Below, piece by piece: positions 1-10,974 of a DNA stretch of 64,000 nt (positions within the stretch are counted from its first letter, which is position 1; each line of letters opens with the position of its first letter). The notes below the pieces were generated by a model. That model had not been told where the DNA came from. It searched no databases and was given only the letters and a program-made list of their open reading frames with translations. The translations under genes were made by a program, and so were the position numbers. The stretch lies in contig JBPOIA010000021.1 of the NCBI GenBank assembly GCA_052034975.1, positions 702-64,701 of the forward strand, written 5' to 3'. The stretch comes from Candidatus Moraniibacteriota bacterium (GTDB taxonomy: Bacteria > Patescibacteriota > Minisyncoccia > Moranbacterales > UBA1568).

Positions 1-435
1 CTGGCACTTGGCCTTTGGTTTTTTGAAAGAACGATTTTTTGTTTCTTTTTGTTTTTCTCTCCTGACGTTTATTATATTTTCAGGAGTGAATTTTGTTTTT
101 GTTTTGGTCCTCGTGTTAGGGCGAGGCGGCTCCGGTACATTGCCGGAACACTTGAACAGTGAAAGAGTCCCCTTCACAATTAGGGGGAAATTGTGATGGG
201 AAGTCTTTCACCGTCCGAACGGGTTTGATGGGTCTTGTTTTTAAAGAAATTTCACTTCACAACTTCATTATAGCAGAAAAAAGCGGGTGGGTCAACGCAC
301 AAAGCAGAAAAATCTTTCATTCAAGGCATTTTTTCGCTTCAAAAATCTTGCGCGCGGTCTTTTCGAAAAATACGCCGAAAAAATAAGTCCCGGACTTTCT
401 TCTTTGGCAAAAAAATCCTTTCTTGAAGCCAAAAA

Positions 436-1530
436 TTACTGCGGATTCTTATCTATCACGGCGCGGAGGGCGTTTTTACTGGAACCAATGAACCATTCGT
501 TGCCACGGAGAGCGTAATCAAATGAGAGATTCTTAGCCGCATCGATATTCGTAAACCGCACCGTCTGGGCGTTGTAATTTCCTTCGCGAAACACGGCGCG
601 GCGCGGCGTAATCGTTTCCGGATCATAGAACAGCATCTTAAACGCGTACGGCAACACTGCCTCTTCTTTCATAATCATCTGCGAAAAAGCCGGGTCCTTT
701 ATTGTGAGTGCGAGACCGAGGCGCATTTGTCCGGCATCATTCACTACGTAAATGGAAAACCCTTCGCCGATCAAGTTCAAAAGTTCCGGCTGGATCTCGA
801 GATTGGCGATATATGCCAAACGACTGAGTGCGACGGGATTGTTATTTTGATCGGTTACGATGAATTCGACCGGCTGCTGGATACCGTTTTCCATTATGCG
901 CGCGAAACGCTCACTGAAAATTTTCCGAATGTCTGCCGCAGTAGCGGTTTCGACATCGATCAAAAGATAATTCGGTTTATCGAGAGAAAATGGCGGTACA
1001 GGCTTCTCCTCGGCTTTCGGCTCCTGCTTTTTTTCCGGAATTTCAGGTGTTTTCTGCGTATTTTCAGTATCAGTAGTCTTTCGCATCAGAAAATAATACG
1101 CTCCGGCGCCACCGAGGAGTGCAAGACACAAAAAACCGATTCCGATGATCAAAAAACGCTTCCCTTTATTTTTTGGCTCTATATAAAGCTCTTCGACCGG
1201 ATTCACCGGTGCCAAGCCATCCTTTCTCGTCTCCGCTATCATCTCTTCTTTCAAAGAATCGTACGCCGCCTGCTGCGCCTGCTGTTCAAGGACTTTTCCG
1301 ACTTGTTCCTGCTCGTGTTCTGCGAGAAATGGGCTATTCCCACCCGGCTCCTGGCTAAACGGGCTCGTCGTCGAGGCAGTATCCATCGGGCGGATTTCTA
1401 AAGAAGCATTCCTTCCGCGCGCCGTATCGCGTTTCGGATCGCCCATTATCGTTACGGCATCAAAAAATTCCGGCGGGATATCGGAGGCAAGTTCTTCAGA
1501 GGGTTTCTTTCTTGAAAAAAGCGCTGCCAT
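436..1530 (-). CDS. Hypothetical membrane-anchored protein: single TM helix followed by a large extracytoplasmic domain
   Basis: 382-aa ORF. Hydrophobic segment FLIIGIGFLCLALLGGAGAYYF after a charged N-region. No recognisable catalytic motif. Start probably the internal Met MAALFSRKK. Confidence 0.45.
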   Translation of the reverse strand: MAALFSRKKPSEELASDIPPEFFDAVTIMGDPKRDTARGRNASLEIRPMDTASTTSPFSQEPGGNSPFLAEHEQEQVGKVLEQQAQQAAYDSLKEEMIAETRKDGLAPVNPVEELYIEPKNKGKRFLIIGIGFLCLALLGGAGAYYFLMRKTTDTENTQKTPEIPEKKQEPKAEEKPVPPFSLDKPNYLLIDVETATAADIRKIFSERFARIMENGIQQPVEFIVTDQNNNPVALSRLAYIANLEIQPELLNLIGEGFSIYVVNDAGQMRLGLALTIKDPAFSQMIMKEEAVLPYAFKMLFYDPETITPRRAVFREGNYNAQTVRFTNIDAAKNLSFDYALRGNEWFIGSSKNALRAVIDKNPQ

Positions 1531-1603
1531 ATTTTTTATCAGACAAAAGAGAGGAAAAAATGATTTTCCTCTCTCAGTATACACTACTTTTTTTTCTTCC
1601 GCA

Positions 1604-3718
1604 CTACTCTCCCTGTTCCATCTGGCGGATCGCCTGCTTGCGGGAAAGATTGATGCGGCCCTGAGCGTCGATTTCTTTGACGATCACCGGCACGATATCA
1701 CCGACCCGCACGATGTCTTCCACTTTTTCCACGCGATAATCCGCGAGTTCTGAAATATGGATAAGACCTTCCTGATTCGGCAATACTTCCGCAAACGCAC
1801 CAAAATTCATAATGCGTGTCACTCGTCCCTGAAACAGTTCTCCCGGCTTCACTTCACGGGTAATGTTATTGATCCATTCCACTGCCTCCTTGGCACTCGT
1901 CTCATCAGTCGACGTGATGAAAACCGAGCCGTCGTCCTCGATATCGATGGAGACGCCCGTCTCATCGATGATCTGGTTGATCATCTTCCCACCAGGACCG
2001 ATGACATCGCGAATCTTCTCCGGATTGATATGGAGAGTGATAATGCGCGGAGCGTAGGGAGACATCGTCTTGCGCGGCTCGGGAAGCGCTTCGAGTATTT
2101 TTCCCATAATAAACATCCGGCCTTCTTTGGCTTGTGCAAGCGCTGTTTTGAGCATTTCAGGTGTCAATCCATCGATCTTCACGTCCATCTGCATCGCCGT
2201 AATACCGTCTTTCGTCCCGGCCACCTTGAAATCCATATCGCCATAATGATCTTCGAGTCCCTGGATATCGGTCAGTACCTTGTATTCACCGCCTTTACCG
2301 GTAATAACACCCATCGCGATGCCGGCGACTGGTTTTTTGATCGGTACGCCCGCATCCATAAGCGAAAGCGTCGATCCGCAGGTCGAGGCCATCGAAGACG
2401 AACCGTTGGATTCGAGCACCTCGGAAACGAGAAGAATGGTGTACGGAAATTCTTCTTTAGAAGGCAGCACCGGCACCAACGCTTTTTCGGCCAATGCTCC
2501 GTGTCCGATTTCGCGTCGCCCCGGTCCGCGCATCGGTCGCACTTCACCGACAGAATACGGCGGAAAATTATAGAAGTGCATATAGCGTTTCTTCATATCC
2601 ACTTCCATCGTGTCCACCACCATTTCGTCGCCAGGCGCGCCGAGCGTCGTGACGGTCAGAGCTTGTGTTTCGCCACGCGTAAAGAGTCCGGTGCCGTGCG
2701 TGCGCGGGAGAATACCGACGTTACAGGTAATCGGGCGGATCTCCGTAATACCGCGGCCGTCCGGACGAGCGTCCTTATGAAGGATATTTTCGTGCACCGC
2801 TTCGTCGGAAACCTCTTCCGTAATGATGGACAATAGTTCCGAAAGATTTTTTTGGTCTGGATATTTTTCAGCCGCGTATGCAGAAATTTTTTCATTGATT
2901 TCCGCTATTTTAGCTTCCATCGCCTGTTTCGGGCGGAGATAAAGCGCTTCAGCCAAGCCAGACTGCGTGCAAAACGCCCGAATGTCCGCCTCGAACTCGT
3001 CGGAGCCGCGGAGAAGCGCTGCTTTGCGTTTCTCCTTTCCGGCCTCCTTGCGAATATCTTCGATGAACGAAGCGATTTTTTGGATCGCCTCAAATCCGAA
3101 TTCGAACGCCGCACCCATCTGTTCTTCGGTGATTTCTTTGGCGCCGCACTCGATCATATTGATCTTCTCCTTGGTGCCAGACAAGAGGAGGTCGAGTACG
3201 CTTCCTTCGCGTTCTTCGCTCGAAGGGTTAAGTACGAGTGTCTCGCCCTGCAATCCGACGCGTACAGCGCCGATTGGTCCGTTCCACGGAATATCGGAGA
3301 GGGTGAGTGCCGCCGAAGCTGCGATCATCGCCACAAGATCCGGATCGTTCTCGCCGTCATAGGAAAGTGTCGTCACCACCACTTGCACCTCGTTACGCAT
3401 CCGACTGTCAAACAGCGGGCGAACGGTGCGATCCACCGCGCGACCGGAAAGAATAGCGTCTTCCGACGGACGGCCTTCCCGTTTGATAAAGCGCGAGCCT
3501 TTGATTTTTCCGGCGGCATAATACCGCTCTTCGTAATCCACCATCAAAGGGAAATATCCGGTGATTTTGGACATTTCCTTGCTCATCGTGGCCGCAGCGA
3601 GCACTACGGTGTCGCCATAACGAGCCGTTACCGATCCGCTTGCCTGTTTGGCGAGCGTTCCCGTCGCGATGGTCAATTCACGACCACCAAGCTGCAGAGA
3701 CCATTGTTTCTCTTGCAT
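1604..3718 (-). CDS. pnp: Polynucleotide phosphorylase (PNPase)
   Basis: Two RNase-PH-like regions. C-terminal KH (GPGGKMINQIIDETG) and S1 (GELFQGRVTRIMNFGAFAEV) domains. Start probably at MQEKQ, which aligns with the E. coli PNPase N-terminus. The track ORF extends to 3778. Confidence 0.9.
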   Translation of the reverse strand: MQEKQWSLQLGGRELTIATGTLAKQASGSVTARYGDTVVLAAATMSKEMSKITGYFPLMVDYEERYYAAGKIKGSRFIKREGRPSEDAILSGRAVDRTVRPLFDSRMRNEVQVVVTTLSYDGENDPDLVAMIAASAALTLSDIPWNGPIGAVRVGLQGETLVLNPSSEEREGSVLDLLLSGTKEKINMIECGAKEITEEQMGAAFEFGFEAIQKIASFIEDIRKEAGKEKRKAALLRGSDEFEADIRAFCTQSGLAEALYLRPKQAMEAKIAEINEKISAYAAEKYPDQKNLSELLSIITEEVSDEAVHENILHKDARPDGRGITEIRPITCNVGILPRTHGTGLFTRGETQALTVTTLGAPGDEMVVDTMEVDMKKRYMHFYNFPPYSVGEVRPMRGPGRREIGHGALAEKALVPVLPSKEEFPYTILLVSEVLESNGSSSMASTCGSTLSLMDAGVPIKKPVAGIAMGVITGKGGEYKVLTDIQGLEDHYGDMDFKVAGTKDGITAMQMDVKIDGLTPEMLKTALAQAKEGRMFIMGKILEALPEPRKTMSPYAPRIITLHINPEKIRDVIGPGGKMINQIIDETGVSIDIEDDGSVFITSTDETSAKEAVEWINNITREVKPGELFQGRVTRIMNFGAFAEVLPNQEGLIHISELADYRVEKVEDIVRVGDIVPVIVKEIDAQGRINLSRKQAIRQMEQGE

Positions 3719-3946
3719 ACTAAAACTTTGGCCTCCGCTCAAGCTCATAAACACGCGATTGGAGCCTAAAAGCCACACTCGTGTACCTACAAACCTGAAA
3801 AGGGCCGATAAATTGTTACGTCCCTACTCTACCCCTGTCCACCCTCTTTGTCAAAAGAAATTCCCAAACAAAACATCGTCTGTCATCAGATAGACGAGTA
3901 TTCTGTGAAAAAATACCAAAGAATAAATAATAGGGAACAAAATACC

Positions 3947-4444
3947 TTACAGCAGGAATCGCCGCTTGTTCTCCGAAAGATTGATGAAGTCATCGGCGAT
4001 GTCGAGAAGCTTCGAGGAAGCCGACTCGGCAAACGCAATCACTTCGACACGACAGCCGTGGGTGTTTTGAATATATTCGACGAGCGACACGTAATCGCCA
4101 TCGCCCGAAACGAGCACGATCACATCGAGCTTCGATGCCATCTTGATCGCATCAACCGCGATGCCGACGTCCCAGTCTCCTTTTTTCGAACCGTCCGGAA
4201 ATATCTGCAGATCTTTTGTCTTCACTTCGTATCCGCTTTTTTCCAGTGCTTCAAAAAATTTTTCTTCCGTTGCTTCGACGGTCTTAATGCCATACGCGAT
4301 GGCGCGAATCAACTTGCGGTCATTCGTCGCGGCGTCAAGCACGTTCTTGAAATTCACTTTTTTCCCATAGAGCACTCGGGCGCTGTGATACAGATTGGAA
4401 ATGTCCACCAATACGCCGATTCTCTGTTCTGCAAATTTTGCCAT
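3947..4444 (-). CDS. NYN/LabA-like domain protein (DUF88)
   Basis: 165 aa. Motifs IGVLVDISNLYHSA and VIVLVSGDGDY are typical of the NYN/LabA fold. Confidence 0.65.
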   Translation of the reverse strand: MAKFAEQRIGVLVDISNLYHSARVLYGKKVNFKNVLDAATNDRKLIRAIAYGIKTVEATEEKFFEALEKSGYEVKTKDLQIFPDGSKKGDWDVGIAVDAIKMASKLDVIVLVSGDGDYVSLVEYIQNTHGCRVEVIAFAESASSKLLDIADDFINLSENKRRFLL

Positions 4445-4487
4445 ATACTCCTATAAAAAATACGCCGCAAAGAACACCAAAGGGGCT

Positions 4488-4751
4488 TTACAGCCCCAAA
4501 GTCTTCATCACCGACTTGTACGACTTCTCGTCCGTCTTCTCAAGATACGCGAGTGTCTTTTTGCGCTTCGCCACCATTTTCAACAATCCGCGACGAGAAT
4601 GAAAATCCTTCTTGTTCTTCTTAAGGTGCGCCGTCAAGCGCTTGATCTGTTCGGTAAAAAGGGCGATCTGGTATTCCGGGGAACCGGTATCCTTCTCGTG
4701 ACGTTTAATATTCTTGGTTACTCTTTCCTTCTGCTTGTGCGTCAGCGCCAT
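4488..4751 (-). CDS. rpsO: 30S ribosomal protein S15
   Basis: MALTHKQKERV...HLKKNKKDFHSRRGLLKMVAKRKKTLAYL is the classic S15 sequence. Start taken at MALT; the track ORF extends to 4796. Confidence 0.9.
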   Translation of the reverse strand: MALTHKQKERVTKNIKRHEKDTGSPEYQIALFTEQIKRLTAHLKKNKKDFHSRRGLLKMVAKRKKTLAYLEKTDEKSYKSVMKTLGL

Positions 4752-4930
4752 AGTCTTCTTGTCAGCAAGATGCTCGTCCGTAAAAAATAGGACCAATATC
4801 CGCTCATAAAAAAATTAACGTCACTACTGTAACACGGCTTTTGAAAACTGGCAAGTTTTTGACAAAATAGAAAAGAAATGATTTACTGTTTTGGTCCCGA
4901 TAGGCGGACATTCACAAAAGGAGAGAAGAA

Positions 4931-5260
4931 ATGCCTGAATTGCAGTTGAGCTTGAAAGCGCCCCAGCGGCCACGGTGGCCCGGCATCACCATCCGGAGTT
5001 CCGACCCCCTCGAAAAGCACTCTATCGGCCTGATGAATCTTCAGGGGTCGGCGGCGCTCGAAGCCCTGAAACAGCACCTCCCGAACGGAGAACGCATCGC
5101 CGTCTCGTTCGGTAACGATTACGCTTCTCTGCGGCCGAATTTCCCTATCAAGAGGAACGGCCACGTCGTCCACAAAGGAGAGGATATCATCCTCCCCCGC
5201 AAAGGTGGCCGGATTACGATCGGCATCGGCGGCATCGTCTATGTCGCGAGCGTCATCTGA
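4931..5260 (+). CDS. Hypothetical small protein in a GC-rich island
   Basis: 109-aa ORF preceded by AAAGGAGAG seven nt upstream. A plus-strand intrinsic terminator follows immediately. Competes with a 152-aa minus-strand ORF that lacks such signals. Confidence 0.4.
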   Translation: MPELQLSLKAPQRPRWPGITIRSSDPLEKHSIGLMNLQGSAALEALKQHLPNGERIAVSFGNDYASLRPNFPIKRNGHVVHKGEDIILPRKGGRITIGIGGIVYVASVI

Positions 5261-5282
5261 CGTTCCCAAACACATTCCGACC

Positions 5283-5325
5283 CGAGGAACATATCCCCGG
5301 GTCGCTTTTCTTTTTTTGAAGAATT
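5283..5325 (+). terminator. Rho-independent terminator
   Basis: Stem GACCCG/CGGGTC around loop aggaacatatccc, followed by a TTTTCTTTTTTT run. Confidence 0.5.
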
Positions 5326-5337
5326 TTTGAAAAAGCC

Positions 5338-7788
5338 TCAAAGAATCGTGAATGCCGCAACGCTATCGCTCGGCTGCGACTTCATCACGCGCACACCCTG
5401 CGTCACACGTCCGAGGAGTGGTACGCTCTTAAACGGAATACGGATGATGGTTCCTTTCTGCGACGTCAGGATAAGGTCGTTCTCCACATCGGCCATACTC
5501 GTTATGATCGCGCCGACGATGATCCCGGTCTTATCAGTCACTTTCATCGCCTTGATACCGGATCCGCCACGATGCTGCACCTTGAACTGTTTGAGCTGGC
5601 TGCGCTTGCCATAACCGTTCTGCGACAGGACAAGCAACTCCATATCCTTCATATCCTTGGAAACCACATCCATACCGACGATGACATCGTGTTCGTCCTT
5701 CATTTTCATCCCGCGCACGCCGGCAGCGGTGCGTCCCATCGGGCGCACGTCCGACTCCTTGAAGCGGATTGATTGCCCATCGGCGGTTGTCATCACTACT
5801 TCATCAGTGCCGGTTGTCGCCCTGACCCAGCCGAGTACGTCTCCCTTGTCGAGCGTGATGGCGATAAGTCCACTTCGGCGCACGTTTTCGAACTCCTCGA
5901 TCTTACTCTTCTTGACCGTACCGTTTCTCGTCGCCATAAAGAGGTACTTGTAATCGCCGCTCTTGAACGAGATGACCGCCGTGATGCGCTCGTCTTGCGC
6001 CAGTTGGAGAAAATTCACGATGGCCTGACCCTTCGATGTGCGCGACGATTCTGGAATCTCGTACGCTTTCGTCTGGAATACCTTCCCGGTATTCGTGAAG
6101 AACATCAGATTATCATGCGTCTCGATCGTGAGCACTTTCGCAATGCGGTCCTCTTCTTTGGTCGTCGCACCAATGACGCCCTTGCCGCCACGCTTCTGCA
6201 CGCGATAGACAACCGGATTCATTCGCTTGATATACCCGTCTTCGGTGAGCGTGATGATGGCCTCTTCATTCGGAATGAGATCTTCCTGCTTGAATTCCGA
6301 CACACCGCCCTTCACGACCCGGGTCTTCCGATCATCGCCAAACTTGTCGCGCAGATCGATGAGTTCGCTCTTTACGAGGCCGAGGATCTTTTTCCGGTGC
6401 TTGAGGAGATCTTCGAGGAAGGCGATGAGTTTCAGTTTCTCTTCGAGTTCGTCCTCGATCTTTTTGCGTTCCAGTCCGGCGAGCGTCTGCAGACGCATTT
6501 CCAAAATAGCGGTTGTCTGCCGATCGGAAAGCTTGAAACGCTTCATCAGGTTCGCATGGGCTTCCTCCTTGGTCGGAGACTTCTTGATCGTCTCGATAAT
6601 CTGATCGATATGATCGAGCGCCTTCTTCAAACCCTCCAAAATATGTGCGCGCTCCTTGGCTTTTTCGAGATCATGTTCGGTCCGGCGCACCACCACCCGT
6701 TCACGGTGGCTGATGTAGTGCTCGAGAATCGCTTTCAACGTAAGAATCTGCGGATCGACGCCGTCAACGAGCGCGAGCATATTTACGTTGAAATTCTTTT
6801 GCAGGTCCGTCATCTGATACAGCTGATTGAGCACCTTCTGCGGAAACGCCTCCTTTTTAAGGTCGATGACGATACGCACGCCATCCTTGTCGCTCTCATC
6901 CCGCAAATCCTTGATACCGAGAAGTTTGCCTTCTTTCACGAGTTCCGCGATCTTCATAATGAGTGCGGCTTTGTTCGTGGCATACGTCATTTCCGACACG
7001 ATGATTTGGAATGCACCGGCCTTTGTTTCAACAATTTCCGCCTTGGCACGGGTCACAATCGGCCCCTTACCGGTCGCATACGCCTCACGGATATCGCGCG
7101 TATTGTAAATAATGCCACCGGTCGGGAAATCCGGCCCCTTCACAAACTGCATCAGATCATCCACGTCCGCTTCCGGATGATCGACGAGATGGCAGATGCT
7201 ATCGATAAGCTCATTGAGATTGTGCGGCGGGATATTCGTCGCCATTCCCACCGCAATGCCGACCGTGCCGTTCAAGAGGAGCTGTGGCAACCTGGCCGGC
7301 AACACCGTCGGCTCTTCGTGTACGCCATCAAAGTTCGGAACGAAGTCTACCGTATCCTTGTCGATATCGATAAGCATCTCTTCCGCGATCGATTTCAGTT
7401 TCGCCTCCGTATAGCGGTACGCAGCGGCGCCGTCGCCGTCCATCGAACCGAAGTTTCCTTGTCCCCACACGAGCGGATACCGCATCGAGAAATCCTGTGC
7501 CAACCGCACCATCGTATCGTATACCGCCGTATCGCCGTGCGGATGGTATTTTCCGAGCACCTCGCCGACTACCGTCGCCGATTTTCGGAACTTCGCTGTC
7601 GAACGGAGTCCCGTCGACCACATCGAATAGAGGATGCGACGATGCACCGGTTTCAGTCCGTCACGCACATCGGGAAGCGCGCGCGCCACAATGACGCTCA
7701 TCGCGTAATCGAGGTACGACTGCTTTACCTCTTCCGCTATGGAGCGCGGGTTGATCTGTCCGTCGTGAAAGGCCTGCTTTTCTTGCAT
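5338..7788 (-). CDS. gyrA: DNA gyrase subunit A
   Basis: 816 aa. N-terminal breakage-reunion domain with the QRDR-like segment ...[29 protein letters not shown]-terminal beta-pinwheel repeats. Confidence 0.95.
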   Translation of the reverse strand: MQEKQAFHDGQINPRSIAEEVKQSYLDYAMSVIVARALPDVRDGLKPVHRRILYSMWSTGLRSTAKFRKSATVVGEVLGKYHPHGDTAVYDTMVRLAQDFSMRYPLVWGQGNFGSMDGDGAAAYRYTEAKLKSIAEEMLIDIDKDTVDFVPNFDGVHEEPTVLPARLPQLLLNGTVGIAVGMATNIPPHNLNELIDSICHLVDHPEADVDDLMQFVKGPDFPTGGIIYNTRDIREAYATGKGPIVTRAKAEIVETKAGAFQIIVSEMTYATNKAALIMKIAELVKEGKLLGIKDLRDESDKDGVRIVIDLKKEAFPQKVLNQLYQMTDLQKNFNVNMLALVDGVDPQILTLKAILEHYISHRERVVVRRTEHDLEKAKERAHILEGLKKALDHIDQIIETIKKSPTKEEAHANLMKRFKLSDRQTTAILEMRLQTLAGLERKKIEDELEEKLKLIAFLEDLLKHRKKILGLVKSELIDLRDKFGDDRKTRVVKGGVSEFKQEDLIPNEEAIITLTEDGYIKRMNPVVYRVQKRGGKGVIGATTKEEDRIAKVLTIETHDNLMFFTNTGKVFQTKAYEIPESSRTSKGQAIVNFLQLAQDERITAVISFKSGDYKYLFMATRNGTVKKSKIEEFENVRRSGLIAITLDKGDVLGWVRATTGTDEVVMTTADGQSIRFKESDVRPMGRTAAGVRGMKMKDEHDVIVGMDVVSKDMKDMELLVLSQNGYGKRSQLKQFKVQHRGGSGIKAMKVTDKTGIIVGAIITSMADVENDLILTSQKGTIIRIPFKSVPLLGRVTQGVRVMKSQPSDSVAAFTIL

Positions 7789-7823
7789 AGGAATCTTTAC
7801 TCGATCATTTGATACTTCAACTC

Positions 7824-8177
7824 TTATTCACCGGATATGCCTGATTGCTCTTCTTGGCTTTCCTGCGCCTTGAACTGTTCTTCGAAATATTCCCGTCCCG
7901 TCTTCTCGTCGCCTCCACCGCTGCCGAGCGGCGCTGTTTGTTTCATTAGGCTGTCAAGCGAATCGAAGGGATCTTCCGACGGAACCAACTCTTTTCCTTT
8001 TTCAACCGCCTGTGGCAATTCGGTGCTCACGCTTCGGAAACTTTCCCGAAGTGACAGAAACCAAATCCCCACGATAAACGCCATCGAAACGAGCACACAG
8101 AGAAATACATACCGTCTACGGACAACTTCGGGCTGACGCCGGATAGCCTCTACTTTTTCCCATACATTCCATCCCAT
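7824..8177 (-). CDS. Hypothetical small membrane protein
   Basis: 117 aa. One TM helix ([19 protein letters not shown]). Acidic C-terminus. Confidence 0.4.
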   Translation of the reverse strand: MGWNVWEKVEAIRRQPEVVRRRYVFLCVLVSMAFIVGIWFLSLRESFRSVSTELPQAVEKGKELVPSEDPFDSLDSLMKQTAPLGSGGGDEKTGREYFEEQFKAQESQEEQSGISGE

Positions 8178-8192
8178 ATCCCAAGTCCGTTA

Positions 8193-8852
8193 TTACCCTC
8201 CCCGATCAAGGAGTACTACTTCCATATTCTTCCCTTCCAAATCCTTCTTTTTGATGTTGAATCGCGGAAGTGCTTCTTTCGGACAGTTGCCGAGAGTGTT
8301 ACAGAACGCCTTTTCCGTCTCAAGCGGCAAGGTGAGCCCCGGAATCTTATAATGCATCGGGATCACGACATTCGGCTCAATTTTCCGCACGATTTCCGCC
8401 GCGTTCTTCGCCGAAACGGTATCTGCCCCTCCGACCGGTATAAAGAGAATGTCCACGCCGTTCACCTTGTCGAGAAGCTCTGGAGACGGGTCGTGTCCGA
8501 GCGCACCGAGAAAACAGATATGGATCTCTTCGCTCTCAAAAGTAAATATGGTGTTCTGCCCGAGCCTTGCCCCCTCTTCCGCATCGCAAAACGATTGGAA
8601 TCCGAATGCGGAAATTCCTTTGGCGGCATATTCGCCGGGCGCATCGAGAACGATTGGATCGCCTTTTAGATTTTCTTTCACACTCTCCGCATCGCCGTGC
8701 GTCAGAAACACGATACCCGCCTCTCCTTGTGGCGAACGCAAGCCAGAGCCCTTGCCAAGAGGATCGGTCCAAATAACAACATCTTCCGTCGCCCGACCGG
8801 CCGGTTTGGTGCTTATTTTAAAGCAATAATCGCCGTAGTATTGGATATTCAT
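8193..8852 (-). CDS. MBL-fold metallo-hydrolase family protein
   Basis: 219 aa. His/Asp cluster (FLTHGDAES), ICFLGALGHD and VVIPMHY resemble the UPF0173-type beta-lactamase fold. Confidence 0.55.
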   Translation of the reverse strand: MNIQYYGDYCFKISTKPAGRATEDVVIWTDPLGKGSGLRSPQGEAGIVFLTHGDAESVKENLKGDPIVLDAPGEYAAKGISAFGFQSFCDAEEGARLGQNTIFTFESEEIHICFLGALGHDPSPELLDKVNGVDILFIPVGGADTVSAKNAAEIVRKIEPNVVIPMHYKIPGLTLPLETEKAFCNTLGNCPKEALPRFNIKKKDLEGKNMEVVLLDRGG

Positions 8853-8962
8853 ATCAAAAGAATCGTTTCAGGTAACGAATACATTTTATCAAAGATTCCG
8901 GTCTCTGTCGAGCGTATCCGCGTTCAAAAAATCTCATTCCTTCCTCTTCATCAACATAGGGT

Positions 8963-8992
8963 CTTGCCAAAAACAAGGATTTCCCCTATACT
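8963..8992 (+). promoter_or_regulatory. Sigma70-like promoter upstream of rpsA
   Basis: TTGCCA - 17 nt - TATACT. Leaves a ~190-nt leader before the rpsA start. Confidence 0.4.
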
Positions 8993-9181
8993 GGCAAAGC
9001 TTTTGAAAAAAGTGTTTAATTGGCTAACACAACTGAATACGAAGATGTCCCAATCTTCGATTGAGTCGGTTATCCAAACACCCCTTTTCGGTGTTTTTTC
9101 GCTTTTTTAAGCCATTGTACCGGCACATTTTACTTATAATTCAACGGCGGACGTGCCCCGCCTATAACCACACGCTTCCCT

Positions 9182-10333
9182 ATGTCAGAACTAGAAGTAT
9201 CGACGACAACCAATTCACAGATGGAAACCCTTCTCACACAGCATATCGTCGAGATTCCCGAGGTAGGCGACGTCGTGACAGGCACCGTTATCCATGTTTC
9301 GGCCGCCTCCGCGCTCATCGACCTCGGTCCGCTCGGAACCGGCGTTGTTCTTGGTAAAGAAATGCGTGACGGCCTTGGTCCCGAAGGCAGACTGAAAATC
9401 GGTGCCGTCGTGACCGCCACCCTGATGACGTACGAGAACGAGGACGGACATATCGAACTTTCGATCCGTGAGGCCTCTTACGAAAAATCCTGGGAAGACA
9501 TCGAGCAAAAACTCACCAACCGCGAAGTAGTCGCCACCAAAGTCACCGAAGCCAACAAGGGCGGATTGATGGTGGAAATAAACGGTATCGTCGGATTCCT
9601 TCCGGTATCGCAGCTTTCCGGTGAACACTATCCACGCGTCGAAGACGGCGATAAGAACAAAATTCTCGATCTCCTGAAAAAACTCATCGGGCAAGAAATC
9701 CAGGTGCGTATCCTCGATGCCGACCGTGAAGGCGAAAAGCTTATCGTTTCTGAAAAAGCCGCACAAAGCGAGAAGGAACGCGAACTTATCAACCTGCTCC
9801 ACGTCGGTGATGTCATCGAAGGTGAAGTGAGCGGTGTCGTCGATTTCGGTGCGTTCGTAAAATTCTCCCCGCCGATCCGCGAAGACGGCAAGAAGCCGTC
9901 CGAGAAACTTGAAGGTTTGGTGCATATCTCCGAGCTTGCCTGGCAGCTTATCGACGATCCGCGAGAGATGATCAAGACCGGGGATACCGTACAGGCGAAA
10001 ATCATCGGCATCGAAGAAACCCGCATCTCGCTTTCGATAAAAGCGCTCAAGAAAGATCCGTGGGACGAAGTACTTGAAAAATACAAAGTGGGAGATGTCG
10101 TGCCGGGCAAAGTGGATAAAATCAACCACTTCGGTGCATTCGTTTACCTCGACCGCGACATCCACGGTCTTGCACACGTCTCGGAGTTCCAGGAAGTCTA
10201 TCCGGGCAAAAAAATGGAGGAGGTCTTCCGTTCGGGAGAAACGTACAGCTGGACAATTCTTTCCATCGAACCGAAGAGTCACCGAATGGGACTCCTTCCC
10301 ATCAAAGAAGGTGCTAAGAAAAAAGAAGCCTAA
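9182..10333 (+). CDS. rpsA: 30S ribosomal protein S1 (multi-S1-domain RNA-binding protein)
   Basis: 383 aa with four S1-domain repeats (GDVVTGTVIHV..., GGLMVEINGIVGFLP..., GDVIEGEVSGVVDFGAFVKF..., GDVVPGKVDKINHFGAFVYL). Confidence 0.85.
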   Translation: MSELEVSTTTNSQMETLLTQHIVEIPEVGDVVTGTVIHVSAASALIDLGPLGTGVVLGKEMRDGLGPEGRLKIGAVVTATLMTYENEDGHIELSIREASYEKSWEDIEQKLTNREVVATKVTEANKGGLMVEINGIVGFLPVSQLSGEHYPRVEDGDKNKILDLLKKLIGQEIQVRILDADREGEKLIVSEKAAQSEKERELINLLHVGDVIEGEVSGVVDFGAFVKFSPPIREDGKKPSEKLEGLVHISELAWQLIDDPREMIKTGDTVQAKIIGIEETRISLSIKALKKDPWDEVLEKYKVGDVVPGKVDKINHFGAFVYLDRDIHGLAHVSEFQEVYPGKKMEEVFRSGETYSWTILSIEPKSHRMGLLPIKEGAKKKEA

Positions 10334-10338
10334 CATAT

Positions 10339-10372
10339 GAAAACATCCTGCTTCACGCAGGATGTTTTCATA
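10339..10372 (+). terminator. 12-bp perfect hairpin between rpsA and gmk (terminator or attenuator)
   Basis: GAAAACATCCTG cttcacg CAGGATGTTTTC, followed by a weak T-tract. Confidence 0.4.
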
Positions 10373-10385
10373 CAAAACCGAACCT

Positions 10386-10955
10386 ATGAAGAACGTCTTC
10401 ATCATCTCCGGACCGGCCGGATCAGGTAAGGATTCGATCATCGACCGGTTGCTGGAACAGCTCCCTGCCGAACGCGTTGTCACCACCACGACCCGCGCAC
10501 CGCGACCGGGCGAGACAGAAGGTTCGCCCTATTTTTTCCTCTCGCGCGAAGCATTTGAACAAGAGATCCAAAACGGATCATTCGCGGAATACTCAATAAA
10601 CGAGAACGATGCGTATTACGGCGTGACAAAGACAGAGCTCGAACGTTTCTCACAATCAAAAAAAATCGGTATCTGGAGAATAGACTGGAAAGGCGTTTTC
10701 TCAGTCAAAAAAATGTTTCCGGATATCATCGCCATCTTCGTCAGCGCCCCTTTGGAAATTCTCGAACAACGTCTCCGGAAACGTGACGGAGCAGCTCAAG
10801 ACAATCGCTATTTCGAAGAACGAATGGCCTATACGAAAGAATGGCTCAAACACACCGATATCTATGACTACTCGATCGAAAACCGGCAAGGCGAGCTCGA
10901 CAAAGCCGTCGAAGAGACGCGCGCCATCATCGCGCGGCACGCGCTTCTTACCTGA
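10386..10955 (+). CDS. gmk: Guanylate kinase
   Basis: P-loop ISGPAGSGKDS. Motifs TTTRAPRPGE and YGVTK. Start taken at MKNVF after the hairpin; the track ORF starts at 10362. Confidence 0.9.
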   Translation: MKNVFIISGPAGSGKDSIIDRLLEQLPAERVVTTTTRAPRPGETEGSPYFFLSREAFEQEIQNGSFAEYSINENDAYYGVTKTELERFSQSKKIGIWRIDWKGVFSVKKMFPDIIAIFVSAPLEILEQRLRKRDGAAQDNRYFEERMAYTKEWLKHTDIYDYSIENRQGELDKAVEETRAIIARHALLT

Positions 10956-10974
10956 CGTTCCTGTCACGGCATTC

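Noticed and set aside
5773-7812. 679-aa plus-strand ORF.
   Set aside because: It is entirely antisense to gyrA, whose homology is unambiguous on the minus strand. It is a shadow ORF caused by codon or GC bias. The same applies to 1757..2836 (antisense to pnp), 9215..10489 (antisense to rpsA), 12071..13366 (antisense to ftsH), 53565..54581, 56654..57793 and 57836..58870.
10783-10974. Track start of tilS, overlapping the 3' third of gmk by 170 nt.
   Set aside because: There is no homology in the overlapping part, and the PP-loop begins ~100 aa in. A GTG/TTG start just after the gmk stop is more plausible.
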